A stretch of DNA of 64,000 bases from Carcharhinus amblyrhynchos (Eukaryota): contig OZ336889.1 of NCBI GenBank assembly GCA_965287045.1, positions 16,244,001 to 16,308,000 on the forward strand, in the 5' to 3' direction. How positions within the stretch are numbered: position 1 is the stretch's first letter; each line of letters opens with the position of its first letter. Below, piece by piece: positions 1-13,826 of this stretch. Position numbers and translations under genes: made by a program. Under the pieces are notes generated by a model that was given only the letters and a program-made list of their open reading frames with translations, was not told the origin of the DNA and ran no database searches.

Positions 1-621
1 TCTGCATACTTCTAGTACATGCACTGTACTCGTGCATTATTTCCCTTTATAACATGGTGATCATTATACTGCATGCTTATAAGTGGTTTGGAGAGTTTAC
101 CCCACTATTTTCAACTTCCACAGGCCCTATGAGGAAATTTTGCAGCCATTGAAACAAAATCAATTCCATTAGCATCTATTCCCAGCAAGAGGCTTGAAAA
201 TGTACAAAGCTGTCAATAATTAATTTGAATACAGGTGAACTAAGAAATTCTAGCAGGTTGAAATTGCAGTGGGAAGAAGCATGTTAAGTCACCATGGTCT
301 GATGAGCCTCAATCTTAGTACTGCTCTATGGTGAGGCATCCAAGTTTTAGTGCAGATGGGAACAGATGTAGTCAAACTGTGATGATAATGTTGGATACAC
401 ATTGAATCACATCCCCTCAATCCTTCAAAATCTTCTTAAAAAAAAAACATTTTCCAGTTTGCTTTACAGCTGTCCTTCCAACATATTATTCCAGTGTGCT
501 GGTCGCCACTAGGATCCCAAGTTACCAGTCTTATGTAATCCTAACTTGAACATAATGAAAGAAAAGCGGCGAGATGGACTACTGATGAACATTGTGAGCT
601 GTTTGGAGGAAGAGGCAAAAC

Positions 622-1070
622 CTTGATATGGCTTCTGTTTGGACCAAGACCACAAGAAACTATAAAGGATTGTGAACGTAGTCCAGTCCATTATGCAAAC
701 CAGCCTCTCAGCCACTGTCTGTCTACATTTCATGCTGCCTTGGAAAAGCAGCCAGCATAATCAAGGACCTCAAATACCTTGGACATTCTCTCTCCCATCT
801 TCTTCCATCAGGAAAAAGATACAGAAGTCTGAGATCAAGTACCAACTGACTCAAGAACAGTTTCTGCCCTGCTGACATCAGACTTTTGAATATATTAAGC
901 TGATCTTTCTCTTTGCACCTGAGCTATGACTCATAACATTATATTCTGCACTCTCTCCTTTCCTTCTCCCCTATGCACACTATGAACAACATGCCTTGTC
1001 TGTATAGCGCACAATAAACAATACTTTTCAATGCATCCCAATACATGTCACAAAACCAAATCAAATCAAA
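622..1070 (+). mobile_element. Rex1/Babar-type LINE, 3' fragment
   Basis: Decayed C-terminal coding (QDHKKL*RIVNVVQSI) and a (aaatc)n tail; homologous to 31325-31817. Confidence 0.7.
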
Positions 1071-1319
1071 CCCAGAAAGTGCAGGACAATTCTTCCAAGT
1101 GCAGTTTCCATCTGGTGCTTATACTAGATAGCATTGAGAATAAAGAATCCTGCCCAACATTCCTCTCTCCAGGGAACACAGGAACAAAACAAGTTGGCAA
1201 TTTACCTTCTCAAGGCTTACATGTCTAAATTAGATCATGTCTGGATCTGTATTTCTAATCTGTTTATGTTTGTTTCATGCTCCTTGATTGCCTTATCCAA
1301 CAAAAATGTGACAATCTCA

Positions 1320-1840
1320 GACTATAAGATTTAATTTCACCCAGCACCCATAGCTTTTGGGGCAGAGAGTTCCATATCTTCACTTGCCAGTGTGTGGAAA
1401 AAGGGGGTCCTGATTTCATTCTTAGTTCTAATTTTAAGATTAAGGCCTTTGGAATCTTGATTCCCCACCAGAAGATACTTTCTTTGTATCTAGCCTATCA
1501 AACCTCGTCTTATTTGAAACATCTCAATTAGATTATCCTCTGCAACATTCTGAAGCCACAAGCCAGACTTACGCAAACTGCCCACTTTAAACATCTGGGT
1601 GATTCTGTACCACCCTCCAAGATCAATGCAGCTTTCCTAATGTTCAGTACCCCAGATGCCTCCCAATGAAGCCTCTTGTACAACTGAAGCAGCACTTCTT
1701 CATTTCTGAACACTAATTCTTTACAGATAAAATCCAGTATTCCATTAGCCTTTGTATCCATGAACTAGCCTTTTCTTGAAGGCACACACAGATTCTGAAA
1801 TCCCTCAGCTGCTTCACAGCTCCTAGTCCTTCACCATTAA
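1320..1840 (-). mobile_element. Highly decayed CR1-type LINE 3' fragment
   Basis: Minus translation KANGILDFICKELVFRNEEVLLQLYK resembles the CR1 ORF2 C-terminus. Confidence 0.6.
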
Positions 1841-1995
1841 GGAAGTTAATATAAATACTTCATGAAGTTACACAGGAACAGTACATAAATACTCCATTTG
1901 CTTATCTTCGAATCAAAAGTACAAGTGCACATTATGATAAAATTAGTGCTGACACAATTGAGTGCTCCAACAAGGAGGGGTGTCTGACATCTGAC

Positions 1996-2142
1996 CTTTA
2001 GACTCTCGTAGCAGTGATGCAATGCTGTCCATATATGTGTGTGTCTGTCTGAGCTCCACCAGAGGAAGGAAGAACGTTTCCAAAGTGTTGTTTAAGGACT
2101 GAAGTAGAGCGAAACGAAGCCGAAGACTTTCGATTGGAATAT
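1996..2142 (-). CDS. HECTD4: HECTD4 exon (IPIESLRLRFALLQ...LLRESK)
   Basis: cctag| acceptor, |gtcag donor, phase-consistent. Confidence 0.92.
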
Positions 2143-2290
2143 CTAGGAACAGTATGTCAAAATGAATAGCACGCAACATACAGGACAAAGGCCAACCACA
2201 TCTCACACGTATTTCCTGGCTATCAATTGATATGTGATTTAAGAATGGGCATTGCCATTTGTATGTCCTCAGAAAGTCCCAAACAGTTCA

Positions 2291-2586
2291 TTAAAGTTTT
2301 TAAAGTTCATTTATTAGTGTCACAAGTAGGCTTACATCAATATTGCAACGAAACCACTGTGCAAATCCCCCAGCTGTCACACACTGGTGCCTGTTCAGGC
2401 ACACTGAGGGAGAATTTAACACCTAATCAGCACAACTTTGGACTGTGTGAAGAAACTGGAGCACCTGGAGGAAACCCACGCAGATATGGGGAGAACACGC
2501 AGACTTCGCACAGACAGTGGCCCAAACAGGGAATCAAACCTGGATCCTTGGCGCTGTGGGGCAACAATGCTAATCACCGTGCCACC
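2291..2586 (-). mobile_element. tRNA-derived SINE (HE1-like, elasmobranch)
   Basis: tRNA-like head with degenerate B box (rc of ggaatcaaacc), central ggaggaaacccacgcag block, (aaacttt)n-like tail. Confidence 0.8.
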
Positions 2587-3630
2587 CTACAACTATTTGA
2601 CAAATAACTTTTTAACTGGAATCATTGCCATGGTGGTAATTTTTGATAGTTGTTGATAAATGTGTTTATGAAACAATGCATATTTTCTGTCCAAGGGTAC
2701 AAATTTCAAACTCTCAAATCTGGAAGGAGTAAGGTCATGAAAGGATTTTGTAATGAGAATGTTAAATCTGATATCTTGGGCAGCAGAAGCTTGGCCAGTG
2801 TTTATAGAGGATGACAAATAGCGACCAGAGGTATGTGATGGTATGGAGGGGAAACTAGTTGTTCTTTTAAATGGAGTGGGCATAGAGCTGGAACATCAGC
2901 ACCAGATAAAGTTGGAAGCCAAGGTTGCAAATAGTTTTGTCCAACCTGAGATGGTATTGAAGAGGTGAATTAAATACTGTAAGTGGCAAGAATATGCAGT
3001 TTGTGGTAGCGGATGAAGATGGTGGATTTAGTCTTCTCAAAACAGAGGAAATTTTGATTTGTTTGGTTTCCTGTCTCTAAGTGGGGAGTTTAGAGATGTG
3101 GAAGGGAAATATCCATGTGACAACTAATCCCATAGCTGATTCTTCCAATCCCTAACTCAGAAGTGTTGAGGCCTATTATAGAAGTTCCAAGTGACCATAC
3201 AAAACCCAGGCAATCTGAGGAAAGTAAATCAGATTGGGAAAGAAACCTTTTGTTCCATTTCTTCTGGGCTTCTAACCCAAACAATATTCTTTGACTGGTT
3301 CATGATAGTACTTACCATTGCTGTTCAATGATCACCAGAGTGCACAATAACATCTCAAGGTAAGTCCTCTATTGATTTCCCTACTTGTTGGCCCAACAAA
3401 TGCTTCATTTTCCCCATTTTGAATCTTTGCATTGACTACCGTCAGCTTTGAGAAAAAAAACTAAGAAGCTGAAATTTCAAACTTGTGGCAAAAAATTGGG
3501 GAGACAGTATTCTTAGGCATGTTATAATTGACAAAGGCTCACTGTAGGGCAATAGACTTGTATATGCAGTGAAGACCTACGTGATTACTGTTAATGCGTG
3601 TTGCACTGTAACTATCTGTACAGGACTTAC

Positions 3631-3821
3631 TCAATAAACAGGCAATCCTTGGGTCAGGCAAATCTGCAGGGTCAAGGTATACTTCATGGGGATGAAGTCG
3701 ACCTGGAGTGATGGCAAGATGGCGGCAGAGACGGTTGATGTACTGTACAAGTGCAACATCCATCTCTAGAGTCCATTTTTTGCAGGATCTCTGGGCATGT
3801 CTGGTGTCAATGCAGGCACAC
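3631..3821 (-). CDS. HECTD4: HECTD4 exon (CACIDTRHAQ...PRIACLL)
   Basis: tacag| acceptor, |gtaag donor. Confidence 0.92.
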
Positions 3822-3992
3822 CTGTAGTAGATAAGGAAATTGTTAAAAATACAATTCAACTACAGCCGAGCACTGTTGAAGCATGATTTATTAATAACTG
3901 TTATCAAAATGATATCTGCAAATAAATGCATTGTACAAAGTAGTTAATTGTAAATTCCAGCTTTAACTTGCAAAGAAATTCTATCTGTAATA

Positions 3993-4437
3993 CAGGTACA
4001 GTGTCTCAAAACCGACAACCATGGAGCTGCAGCATGCGTGGATTTCAGACCTTGCCAATTATCGGAGGAAAATAATTCAATTAATAGGAGACAAATGAAA
4101 TTGAATGAATAAGTTTATTTTTATTGATGTTTGTAAGAAGAATACATAATAGTGAAGGAATAACGCTTCAAAAAAATTAATAAGGTAAGTAAGGCTGACT
4201 CGCAAAGCTGTGCTGGATTCAGACCAAGTCAAGTTGGGTGTGGTCAAAGATCACCCATACCATTGCGGGTGTAGAAAGACCAGTGTGTGAAGCTGATAAT
4301 TAGCCCACTGTGCATATGCAGAGCCTAATCAAACAGTCCCCTTAAGTTCTTTTACTCACTTAACAGTTAAAATGAATGCACGGCAGCTTATAAAAGCATC
4401 TGCCTTTTAGACAACTGGATTTGTGATACTATGCCTG
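3993..4437. mobile_element. Tc1/pogo (Tigger-like) MITE
   Basis: Imperfect 22-bp TIR: caggtacagtgtctcaaaaccg vs rc caggcatagtatcacaaatcca (16/22); TA on the left flank. Confidence 0.55.
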
Positions 4438-4449
4438 AACTCTTCTTAC

Positions 4450-4573
4450 CTTTCGAAGTGGAGGTCATATCCACAGGAAAGAATTGCTCGCCAAACGCTG
4501 CGGATGTCCTGCTTTGACCGATCTACAACAAATTTCTGGAAACCATCCAATGTTAAATACTTCTCTTCTGGTA
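4450..4573 (-). CDS. HECTD4: HECTD4 exon (PEEKYLTLDGF...YDLHFER)
   Basis: aatag| acceptor, |gtaag donor. Confidence 0.92.
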
Positions 4574-5473
4574 CTATTGGAGATTGAGAGATTCATAGCA
4601 TTAGTGAAGGAAATTTTCAATGTTCCATGTGTTGTGCTGTCTCAAAAGCAAGTAGTCAAGCTAGCTGTAAATTTAATTTCCATGCTTAAATCTACGAAAT
4701 TATTTCAAGTCAAATAACTTTTTCAACCTTAGTGCAGCTAACAATTCTAACAGGATGACTTGCACAAAACAGGAAGGAAGCTAGCATTAATAATTCGTGT
4801 GGGAAACTAAGTTTAGGAAATTCTGCAACCGCTTAAGTCCAGTTTCACCAGCCTCACCCTATTATCAAAGCATTTTATAGTGAGGGATTGCTCTGAATAC
4901 TATTTACATATTAGCAAACCGATATGGACTAAAGGTTGAACTGGTTGTGATCACACCAAAAAAGTGCAAATTCCAGATTATTAATTAAATGGCAGGAGTC
5001 ACATGTTTGATGACAACAATGTCTCACTTTAGAGTTATATTTTTACAATAACTTCTGGGCAGTGGTTGGTGTTACTGATGAGTAATCATTAGTATAATCA
5101 AGATCAGTAAAGGCAAAAATGGATACACTGCAAAGTATGTTAAAAATGGAATACTTTCTGACAAAACCGAGGTAGAAACAAATAAGATGAATAAAATTAT
5201 TGGTATAAGGATACAGGTGCACCAAATTCATGAATCAAAAAGTGACTAAGATTATTTGTTGGCAAAAGCAGTACATTTAACTTTGTAAAGAGCAATTAAA
5301 CTGCCCAACATGTGAATACATTACCCTAAGGCAACAGAATGTTTTGTGCTTTATCTAAGGTGAAAATGGCAATGAATAGTTTGCAAATAACCAGTTAAAC
5401 AAGGGCACAGTTATTGAAATTGCTAGTTCTTCAGCAAACATTACAACAAATATAGAAAACTAATCAGGCCTAC

Positions 5474-5580
5474 CTTCTTGTTTCTTTGCTGGTGACTTCT
5501 CTGGGTCCTTGTCATCAGGTTTGGTGCTCTTTTCAGGTGACTTTGCTTTCACAATTGGTTTCTTTTCACTCAGTGCAGTT
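5474..5580 (-). CDS. HECTD4: HECTD4 exon (TALSEKKP...SPAKKQE)
   Basis: gagcag| acceptor, |gtagg donor. Confidence 0.9.
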
Positions 5581-5939
5581 CTGCTCCAAAAATAGTTAAG
5601 TATGTAATCATTTTACTTTGTTATATTTTAAACTATTTACTTGATCTCCAGAATACAGCAGATATCATCAGTTTTGGATGATTCAGATATTAGGATACTA
5701 AGCCAAAAAGACCAGCAATAAGCTTCACTTACGGTCTCTGGTTTCACTCAAAAACAGTTGTGACCAGTTTACTGTTGTCAGTTTCTCATCTCATTAAATA
5801 TAACAATAACAAATCTGGAATCTTATCTATGATAACTCAAGACTGAGCTCTCATGTGATCACTGCTAGATAAATGTTCCTTTCTTGTTAATAGCCAAGTT
5901 TGATTCAGCACTCACTGTCAAACCTATTGTGGTCTGTCC

Positions 5940-6420
5940 TCTTATTGGTTTGAGAGCATATTCCTCCAGAAATGCTTGAACGCACTCAAGAAATTAATTA
6001 CATTTCTGACTTGAGCTACTCTGCCCTTCTCAGTCCATATGGAAATTAATTGAAGTGCCCCCTTACAACAGTTTTGCTTTATCTACAAACTTCTCCAAAA
6101 ATGTCTAAATTAAATTTTGTCATCTCATTACTGATACCAAGAGTCCTAATGACAACTTCTATTACAGTTTTACATCCTCTCTTAGTACTCAATTCTAATT
6201 ATAGAGTCCCCACAGAGTTGATAGCTTTCCTTTACCTTTATGTGCTGTTACTAATGTTGTAACATTATTTTTAATCAACAGGGCTTCCCTTCCTCCTCTT
6301 CCATTCCCCACATCCTAAAATATTATAACCCAAAATATTTAAACTCATCATGACCAGCTTACAACCATTTCTCTTTAATACCCAATATGTTGTTCTGTCT
6401 TGAGACTAAATATTTTAAGC
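5940..6420 (-). mobile_element. CR1 endonuclease-region remnant
   Basis: Decayed GDFN-like (VVRGHFN) and FLECVQAFLE segments on the minus strand. Confidence 0.5.
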
Positions 6421-6624
6421 TTGCTGCAAAATAAATTCCTGTGCCGAGTCTACAAAAGGCTGACAGCAGATGTGAGAGCGTGTTCCAGAGTCACTGCATT
6501 TGATAAAAGGAAGGCTAGGAAAACAAACTGAACAGAAAAAAAACCACGTGACTATCACTCATGAATTAAAAGACAAAAAAAGTTAAAAGCTTATTTTTGA
6601 AACATCTCAATTTCTAAAAGCGTA

Positions 6625-6765
6625 GGTTAGATGGATTCACCATGATTAAGTGTGCAGGGTATGGAGACAGGGCAGAAGAGAAGGTCTGGATTGGATGCTT
6701 TTTTGGAGAATCACTGCAAACCTGATGGCCAGAGGGCCTCTTACTGCACTAAAGGGATTTTATGG
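6625..6765 (+). mobile_element. HE1-like SINE / CR1 3'-end fragment
   Basis: gtaggttagatggatt...gatggccagagggcctcttactgcact tail motif. Confidence 0.5.
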
Positions 6766-7395
6766 TTCAACAAGGATTGTTGAAAAGTTCTTGTTATATG
6801 TTGAGGTACTCATCTAGAGGGAATACAAGGCCATAATGAACAGCCTCATGCAGACATGGAGGAAAATCCCAGAGATTTTTCCTGACATTATTCATATTTT
6901 TCATTATGTTGTTTCTTGCCCAGAAGTTGGCATCAACAACAACTAGAGATAAAGTGAATGAGACTGCAATGACAAAATGTGTAGAATAAGCACTGATGAG
7001 GACTAATTATTTACACTCTTTTCATATGATTGCATTTCCACCCAAATATATTCAGTGCATAACTGTTTAAGTACATGGAGCTGTTTGCAGCATTGTGCTA
7101 TTTTAAACCAGGGCTCCTTGACAAAAATCAGAGGATGGCTTACACTTACTGTGAAGTACAAACTAAAAGATGTAATTTATGCACCAATGAGTGTAATGAT
7201 GAGCGAGATCACTGTCTTGTGTAAATTCTGTGGCTGATATATGCATTGGTGTGGTAAATCCACGAGACTGTACAACAAGTTGATTTTTAACTTTGCGCCA
7301 GAGTACAAGGTTCATTTCCCTCTCACCTTAAGTGATGTTTTGAGCTACCTAAAATCCTGATTGAAGAGGGGAGAACCCCAAAAAACACAACGAAC

Positions 7396-7547
7396 CTGAC
7401 GCTGTTCAGCACGGACCTGTCTTTGCCTGGAGGTTTGGCAATTGGTCTTTTTGTGCTAACTACTTTCCCAGGGTGTTGCTCCTTTCCTCCTTTACTGTAC
7501 TTGCTCTTGTCGAATTTCGGTTTGGGTATGCCGTACTTTCGTAGTAT
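7396..7547 (-). CDS. HECTD4: HECTD4 exon (ILRKYGIPKPKFDKSK...VLNSVR)
   Basis: gcaag| acceptor, |gttcg donor; both weak, but the frame fits. Confidence 0.88.
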
Positions 7548-8181
7548 CTTGCAATTTTAAACAAAGAGCAGAAATGGTTTAATTACATATGGTACAAAGC
7601 AATGTGCACATAACACAATGGATAGATTTGCATGTGACAGAAAAGATAACGTTTCAGAAACACATTTGATATCACAACATAGTTACTTGTAAGAATAAAA
7701 AAGAACAAGCGTGATAAAGTCCCTCGAATAGTTGATTAATAAGTGTTGATATGACCAACAAATATTTTCAGCGTTAAACGTATTGCTGTATGTTTCTTAA
7801 GCAAGAACCTACTATTGTCCCAAACCAGTGGCCAAGGAAACACTTACATGTTCATGAGGCCGCAATCTCCTGCCTAATTGCCAGTATGCTGTCACTCTAA
7901 GAAAGGTCATGTGTTGCCACTTAGCAAGAATAACACGATTCAAATATTAATGAGACTAATGACGTGTTGTTGTCTTTGATAGAATTAATTAAAGGTTGTT
8001 CAGAAAAAGATTTTTAAGTGACAAGGCTGAGATTGGACATTAACAGCTTTTGGTAATTATCTAATACTGGCAATAGGCAAACATCATCACTGGCTACCAA
8101 AGCTACATTATACATAACGACTGACCTTGATTTACCAAATACAAATGAAACCAACCAAAACCTTATCTGAAGTGTGTATAC

Positions 8182-8405
8182 CTGTGTGAGTTGATCCTCC
8201 AGAACTTTCTTTGGTGGCCGGACATTGGTGAAAAATATTTGCAACAAGTTTCCTGGTGTCTGAGAGTTGATCTGTTCTTTACTGAGGAAGATGTCAGAAA
8301 CTTTAATAGGCTTGGCTGGAGCCAGACTCAGCACCTGCTCAGAATGTATACAGCTTCGGAATATCTCTGCAAGAATGTCCCGTGCTCCAGGAACTACCTT
8401 ATCAC
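8182..8405 (-). CDS. HECTD4: HECTD4 exon (DKVVPGARDIL...VLEDQLTQ)
   Basis: catag| acceptor, |gtata donor. Confidence 0.9.
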
Positions 8406-8514
8406 CTATGTAAGATGGAGCACAACAAACATTCTTACATTGAAATACTGAAGGGGTTTATTTATTGATATGCTTTTTAAAATACAAGTCACTCAAAACA
8501 TTAAAGATAAATAA

Positions 8515-8765
8515 AAGGACTTGAAATTATATAGCACCTTTCATGATCTCAGAATGTCACAAAACACTTTTCAGCTAATTAAGTACATTTGTAGTCACAG
8601 TTATAATGTAGGAAACCCAGCATACAGCAAGAAAATAAAGAACCAGGTAATCTGTTTGTGCTGTCATCTAGGAACAAGTGTAGACCAAGACATTAGGGGA
8701 ATTTCCCTGCTCTTCTTTAACAAAAACGTCATGGATCTTTTACATTCACCTGGGAGGGCAAACAG
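8515..8765 (-). mobile_element. DeuSINE (SacSINE1-like) fragment
   Basis: atatagcacctttcatgatctcag...gtagtcacagttataatgtaggaaac...atggatcttttacattcacctg; similar blocks at 38655-38815, 39560-39860 and 60900-61085. Confidence 0.6.
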
Positions 8766-9203
8766 GGCAACGAAACTGAGAGAGATTTAACAAACAATAC
8801 TCTGGGGCAGATGGTGAGGTGAGGTTTTAGCTAATATGTAAATAATTGCACAATTACAATGAATGGAGGCATTGAGATGGGTCACAGAGGGACTTTGTAA
8901 CAAGGCACTGACAGCAAAAAATAGATGGAACATCCACCTTCAAAAGCTCCTTCAATCTTCATACAAGCTGACAATATGGTTTCATCTTTTTCAAACATTG
9001 TGTTACTACAGATCCACAGCTTTAAACTGATCATAAATCTAAACATATCAAGCATACGGTATTGCTGTTAATATTGTGAATCCACTGCAAAATGTTAATT
9101 GTTTGTATTTGGAATGCCATGTACAAGATAGATTATTACACTATATATTTATTAAACATATACATACACACATACAACATAACAACCATTTCTGGAAAAA
9201 TCT

Positions 9204-10135
9204 TGTGATGCGTGTAGGGTACCAGAACAGAAACCTAAACTTTGTTATGAAGTCTGACTGGACCCCAACAGTTTGAATTTTGGTGTTAGTATGAGGATAA
9301 GGTGTTTCACTCCAGGTGTGATTCTATTAATACACTGAAGCTTTTATCAAAACAGACTTTATTTAACAATACAGCTTACCTTAAAAAAGTGAATTCATTT
9401 AACATTTACCAACTGAACAATACTTAAACATGGCAAGATTCCGTTCTTAACTGCTAACCCATCTCTATTAGTTCCAATTCAAGCAATATTCCTTTTACAT
9501 ACTTAAACACCTCTTAAAAATCAGTTAACAACACACAGGATTACATGCTTGGATTGCTAGTTCTCGAGCCTTCAGAACACTTCTGGAGAGAGATACAGAG
9601 AGAAAGACATACTGTTTCTAACAGGTCCCAAGCAACAAACACCACAGACAGCTCTTACTTCTTTCAGATGCAAGCAGAAACTGCTTTTCCCTGTAAGCTT
9701 AACCTCTCCCCTCAAGCACGCGACTACATCAATCTAATCATAAACCCAATCTGAAACCCCAGGGTGAAAAGCAAAATAAACAAGAATATATTCAGTCCAA
9801 TTAAAATAAACATTCCCCTAGCTAAAATCAATCATTAGCTTGTATTCTCAGCATGTGAGCTGCTTGTTGCGTGTGTAAACCACAGCTGAATTTAAAACAA
9901 ACTGCACACAAGAAACATGATATAAATACATTTCTTAGAGGCACAGTGTAATCACATGGATAATGATGATTCTGAGTGCCTTCACTTTCACTTTTCATGT
10001 CCCTGGTTTTCCCTAACTGCATAGGAGCGTGTAACTGTTACACTCAATGTATTCAGCTAAAATTAGCACTAAACTACATTAGCCCATGCCTCTGGGAAGC
10101 TACAAACTTATGAAAAAGAACAAAAATTCTATAAT
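9204..10135 (-). mobile_element. LTR-like (solo LTR) element; right boundary approximate
   Basis: Begins with TG; reverse-complement similarity to 37410-38105 (gtctgactggaccccaac, tgaggataaggtgtttcactccagg, actttatttaac). Confidence 0.45.
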
Positions 10136-10807
10136 ATAGCTTTGTTTGGAAAGTGGCAACATGATATATGATTTGGCAGCACTTGCACCAGTAACAAAGT
10201 ATCAGCCTGCGCCCAGAAGATTATGATGGTCAGATAATATGTTCACTAATTCTTCATTGTTTTATATCCTATTTCAATGCCTGGGTCAATTTTATATAGC
10301 GACAATATTTATCAAAATATATTTCATTTTCTTAATAATCTGTTAGTAGAGTAAAGGGTTATCAGGGGCACCTGATACTGACATAATTTTGATGCAACAT
10401 GACATGATTAAGTAACTGAGATCTGATGGGAAACAAATGTAACTGTGGAGAGTACCGAGATGTTTATTTATAGAAAGATGTATAAGATTGCTTTTCAATG
10501 AATGAATAACAATTACTGAAAACATTCTTAGGGTAATAGACAAACCCAAACGAAACCCCATCTAGACCCCAAATGCAGGCATAAACACTGTCCTTTACCA
10601 CCCATGATTTAAATTACGTACAAATACAGAAGCCCAAAGATTACTTCAGGATTGATATTCCATCACTAGTACTTGTGTGTCTAACAGTCCGTTACTCATC
10701 CTAAGCACACAGAGGTTCATTTGCACCAATGGTCTCCAGTTGAAGAAAGTGTGTGCATTTTGAAGCTATACCACCACACATTCACCTACTACACTGAAAT
10801 GACACTA

Positions 10808-11124
10808 GGGCAGAATTTTATGGATGATAGGGTTCCCCGCATCGCCATTGGAAATGTTGGTGGGAAACACATCCCTGCTAATGTCAATTGCCTCACAGCC
10901 ACATTAAATGACTGGTGATCACTGCTAGGACTGCAAGTAATCTCCAGATTTGAAGTCTTACACCAGGATGAAGGTAAGCATGGCAGTCTATGGCACAAAC
11001 AGTAGGGAAGGTCCAGGGGTCTTGATGGTAAGGCCAAATGGAAAGGGAGCACTTTGGACCAGGAGGGGTGCAATGAAAGAGGTGCCAATGCTCACCAAGG
11101 CTGAATGACCTTAAAGTTCTGTCC
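10808..11124. mobile_element. PIF/Harbinger-like MITE
   Basis: 13-bp TIR gggcagaatttta vs rc ggacagaacttta; flanks cta/taa resemble a TWA TSD. Confidence 0.55.
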
Positions 11125-12260
11125 TAACTCTTCAGTGCCATAATATTTGACTTGTGACTGTAATAAATGTGTTCATTTTTCATGTTTCAAAGTGCTTTAT
11201 ATATTGAACTGCATTTGGAACTCAATACTTTGCCACATAAACAAACGCAGCAACTCTTTAATGGTTGGACCATCACTCAAATATCCCTGAGATTAATGAC
11301 CAATTCTGTTTTTGGTGGTATTAGTTGAAGTGTGTTAGTAAAAATGCAGAAGAACCTTCAGCCAGTCATGCTATGCAAGACACAAGAGTGAGATTGGACA
11401 TTAACCAGTTGCAGTACCTCTACCCGTTACATGGTAACAGGCAAACCTCATCGAAAAGAACTTTGCCATGGATAAACTGGACAACTACTTGATTTTTAAA
11501 AGGGAGGGCTGATGCTCATGATAAACCATCATTCAAGAAGAATGGGGATTTTCACAGTAACCTCATTGCAGAGTTAATGTAAGCCCACTTGTGGCACAAA
11601 TGAATAAACTTTAAACCTTAAAAGGTCAATGTTGCGCACACACATGCATACGTTGTGAAATAATTAGTCATTGTTACAAACTTTTATGCCACAAATGCAA
11701 GAAAGAAGAATACTAATTTGGAAGCTTCAAGACAGGTTATTTTTGAGGAGAGAATGGTCATGATCACTGGCTGCTACCCCTCATCTGTATTAAGTTGGAA
11801 ATGCATCTCTTTCTTTTAGGTGCTGAATGACCAAATGTCTATGTCCAATATTCCTGTTTTAAGTGGAGTTTAAAAAAATACAATCAAGGAAGTAATACAT
11901 CTTGGCTTTCTTCAAACCCACATTATACTAACAGCTAATTCACGAATCACCAATTTTCAACTCATCAATATTGTGGTATAGGTTGGAAATGTGGAATAGT
12001 GACCTGGAGTAAGTAATTGCTGAATATATTTTCCTCCCAGTGAAGATGGAAATAGCGGATGGTCTGTTTTCCCACTAAGAAGCTCCACTTTCTCCAGCAC
12101 TGCACTACAACAGTGCAGCCAAAAATGGGAACTGTGCACATAAATCATCACAAGCCCAATTTGTGTCGATTTAGCACAGCAATGTGGAAGATTTCGGATT
12201 AATTTTGTGAAATGGGCAGCTTCAATTTATGAATCACAGAAAACTGGTCCTTTTGCTCAC

Positions 12261-12468
12261 CTTTTATCAGCTTATCAGTGAAATAATCTTCCAATGCTGA
12301 ACTGCCTTGTGTGTCAAACAAGCTCTGGTTTACGGATGAGACGGTCAGAATCTCCTCTGTCGACATCTCCATCAATTCGTCTTCACCATCCAGACTGGAT
12401 AATCCAATCAAATCACTGCTGTTGAATAGACTGGCACGGATTTTTTCAATCTTTGCTCTCGCTCTCAC
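12261..12468 (-). CDS. HECTD4: HECTD4 exon (VRARAKIEKIRASLF...DKLIK)
   Basis: tgtag| acceptor, |gtgag donor. Confidence 0.92.
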
Positions 12469-13826
12469 CTACAGAAGAGAAAAAAAGTCACCTTGAGACC
12501 CAAAAGAAATTTTTTTGAATTCTATTCCTGGGAATTTTGGCGAATGGCTGGAAGCCACGTTAAAGTGTCTCTCTGATGCATTCCTGCTAACTAGAGGATG
12601 TTTGGCAGAAATGGGCCTGATGTAGGTCAATTATGGTTGAGCAAAGGTGGACAGCCAATTTAATTAATAGCCCTAATTCCAATCATTTTCTGGTGGGTGG
12701 TCACTGAGCTAGAGCCTCCATATCCCAAATATTGGGTTGCAGGCAGGGAAGGTCACTCTCACTGATCAAATGGCAATCTGGAGAGGCCAATCTGCTATGC
12801 CACTCTGATTTGAAACTTTTTTTGTTAAAATTACTTCTCCGTGGGCACTTGAGGCATTCTCTCACTCCATGACCTGCCTCAACAACACGCACCTCTCATG
12901 GAGATGTTGTGGTTTCAGAGACATGGGTCCTCTGAGTGGGCTGGCAATATCCACATCCTACCTCACACCATTAATTGCATGGCAAGCCTGAAGGTGGCCA
13001 CTGAGGAGATCATTTGGTTCTGACATCAGGATTCCAAAGATTATCCTGCCCAAATCTGTGATCCTTCATCAGAACGCTGATCAATCGATTTGAAACATTA
13101 ATTCTGTTTTCTCTCCACACATATCTGGAGAGCTGGGGAGTATTCACAGTATTTCCCATTTTTGTTTCAGAGTTTCTGCATCTCTAGCATTTTGCTTTTC
13201 TATTTTTAGATTTTGGTTTGAATCGCAAAAAATTTAAATACTCGACATCAGTATTTGGCAGGGTTTTTGTCTGTTTCCTCTGAAATAATGTTAACTGTTA
13301 ATGATTAGTAATCTTAAATGCTGCTGGTCCAAATAACTCCAATATTTTTCCAGATTCCTTTTCTGTAAACATAAACAAGACTCATCTTGAATTTTGTTAC
13401 ATTCAAGGGAGGTAAAATTAAACAAAGTCTCATTCAATCTAATAAAGTAACAAATAATTAAACCTGTTGCTTTAAAAAGTCTGGTTGATTGAATTTGAAA
13501 ATTAAAACTGTACTGAATAATGGTGTAAACCAAATAGAATAAGCAAGAACAGACTCCATGACCCAGAGGTTAACTTCAAATAGTACTATATATCTCTTTA
13601 ATAGCCTCCTTTAAGAAAAATAATACAACAGAGATTTAAAACTGAAATTATACTGATAACTGCTAATGCAAAAACACTTGAATGTTTCACAGCAAGGCCT
13701 AACAAGGGAATAACATGAATTCTACAGAAATGAAAGAGAATTAAGACCAGGCTTTAAATTATAATCCCACATCCTTCACATTTTTTAAAGACAGACTAAA
13801 GCCCGACTGGTAAACCCTAATCTTAC

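Noticed and set aside
2227-2656. 126-aa and 72-aa ORFs
   Set aside because: Chance frames across an HE1-like SINE.
8025-11452. Shared motif tgagattggacattaac...aggcaaac.tcatc at ~8030 and ~11390
   Set aside because: Short and diverged; most likely two fragments of an old dispersed repeat, with no structure to support more.
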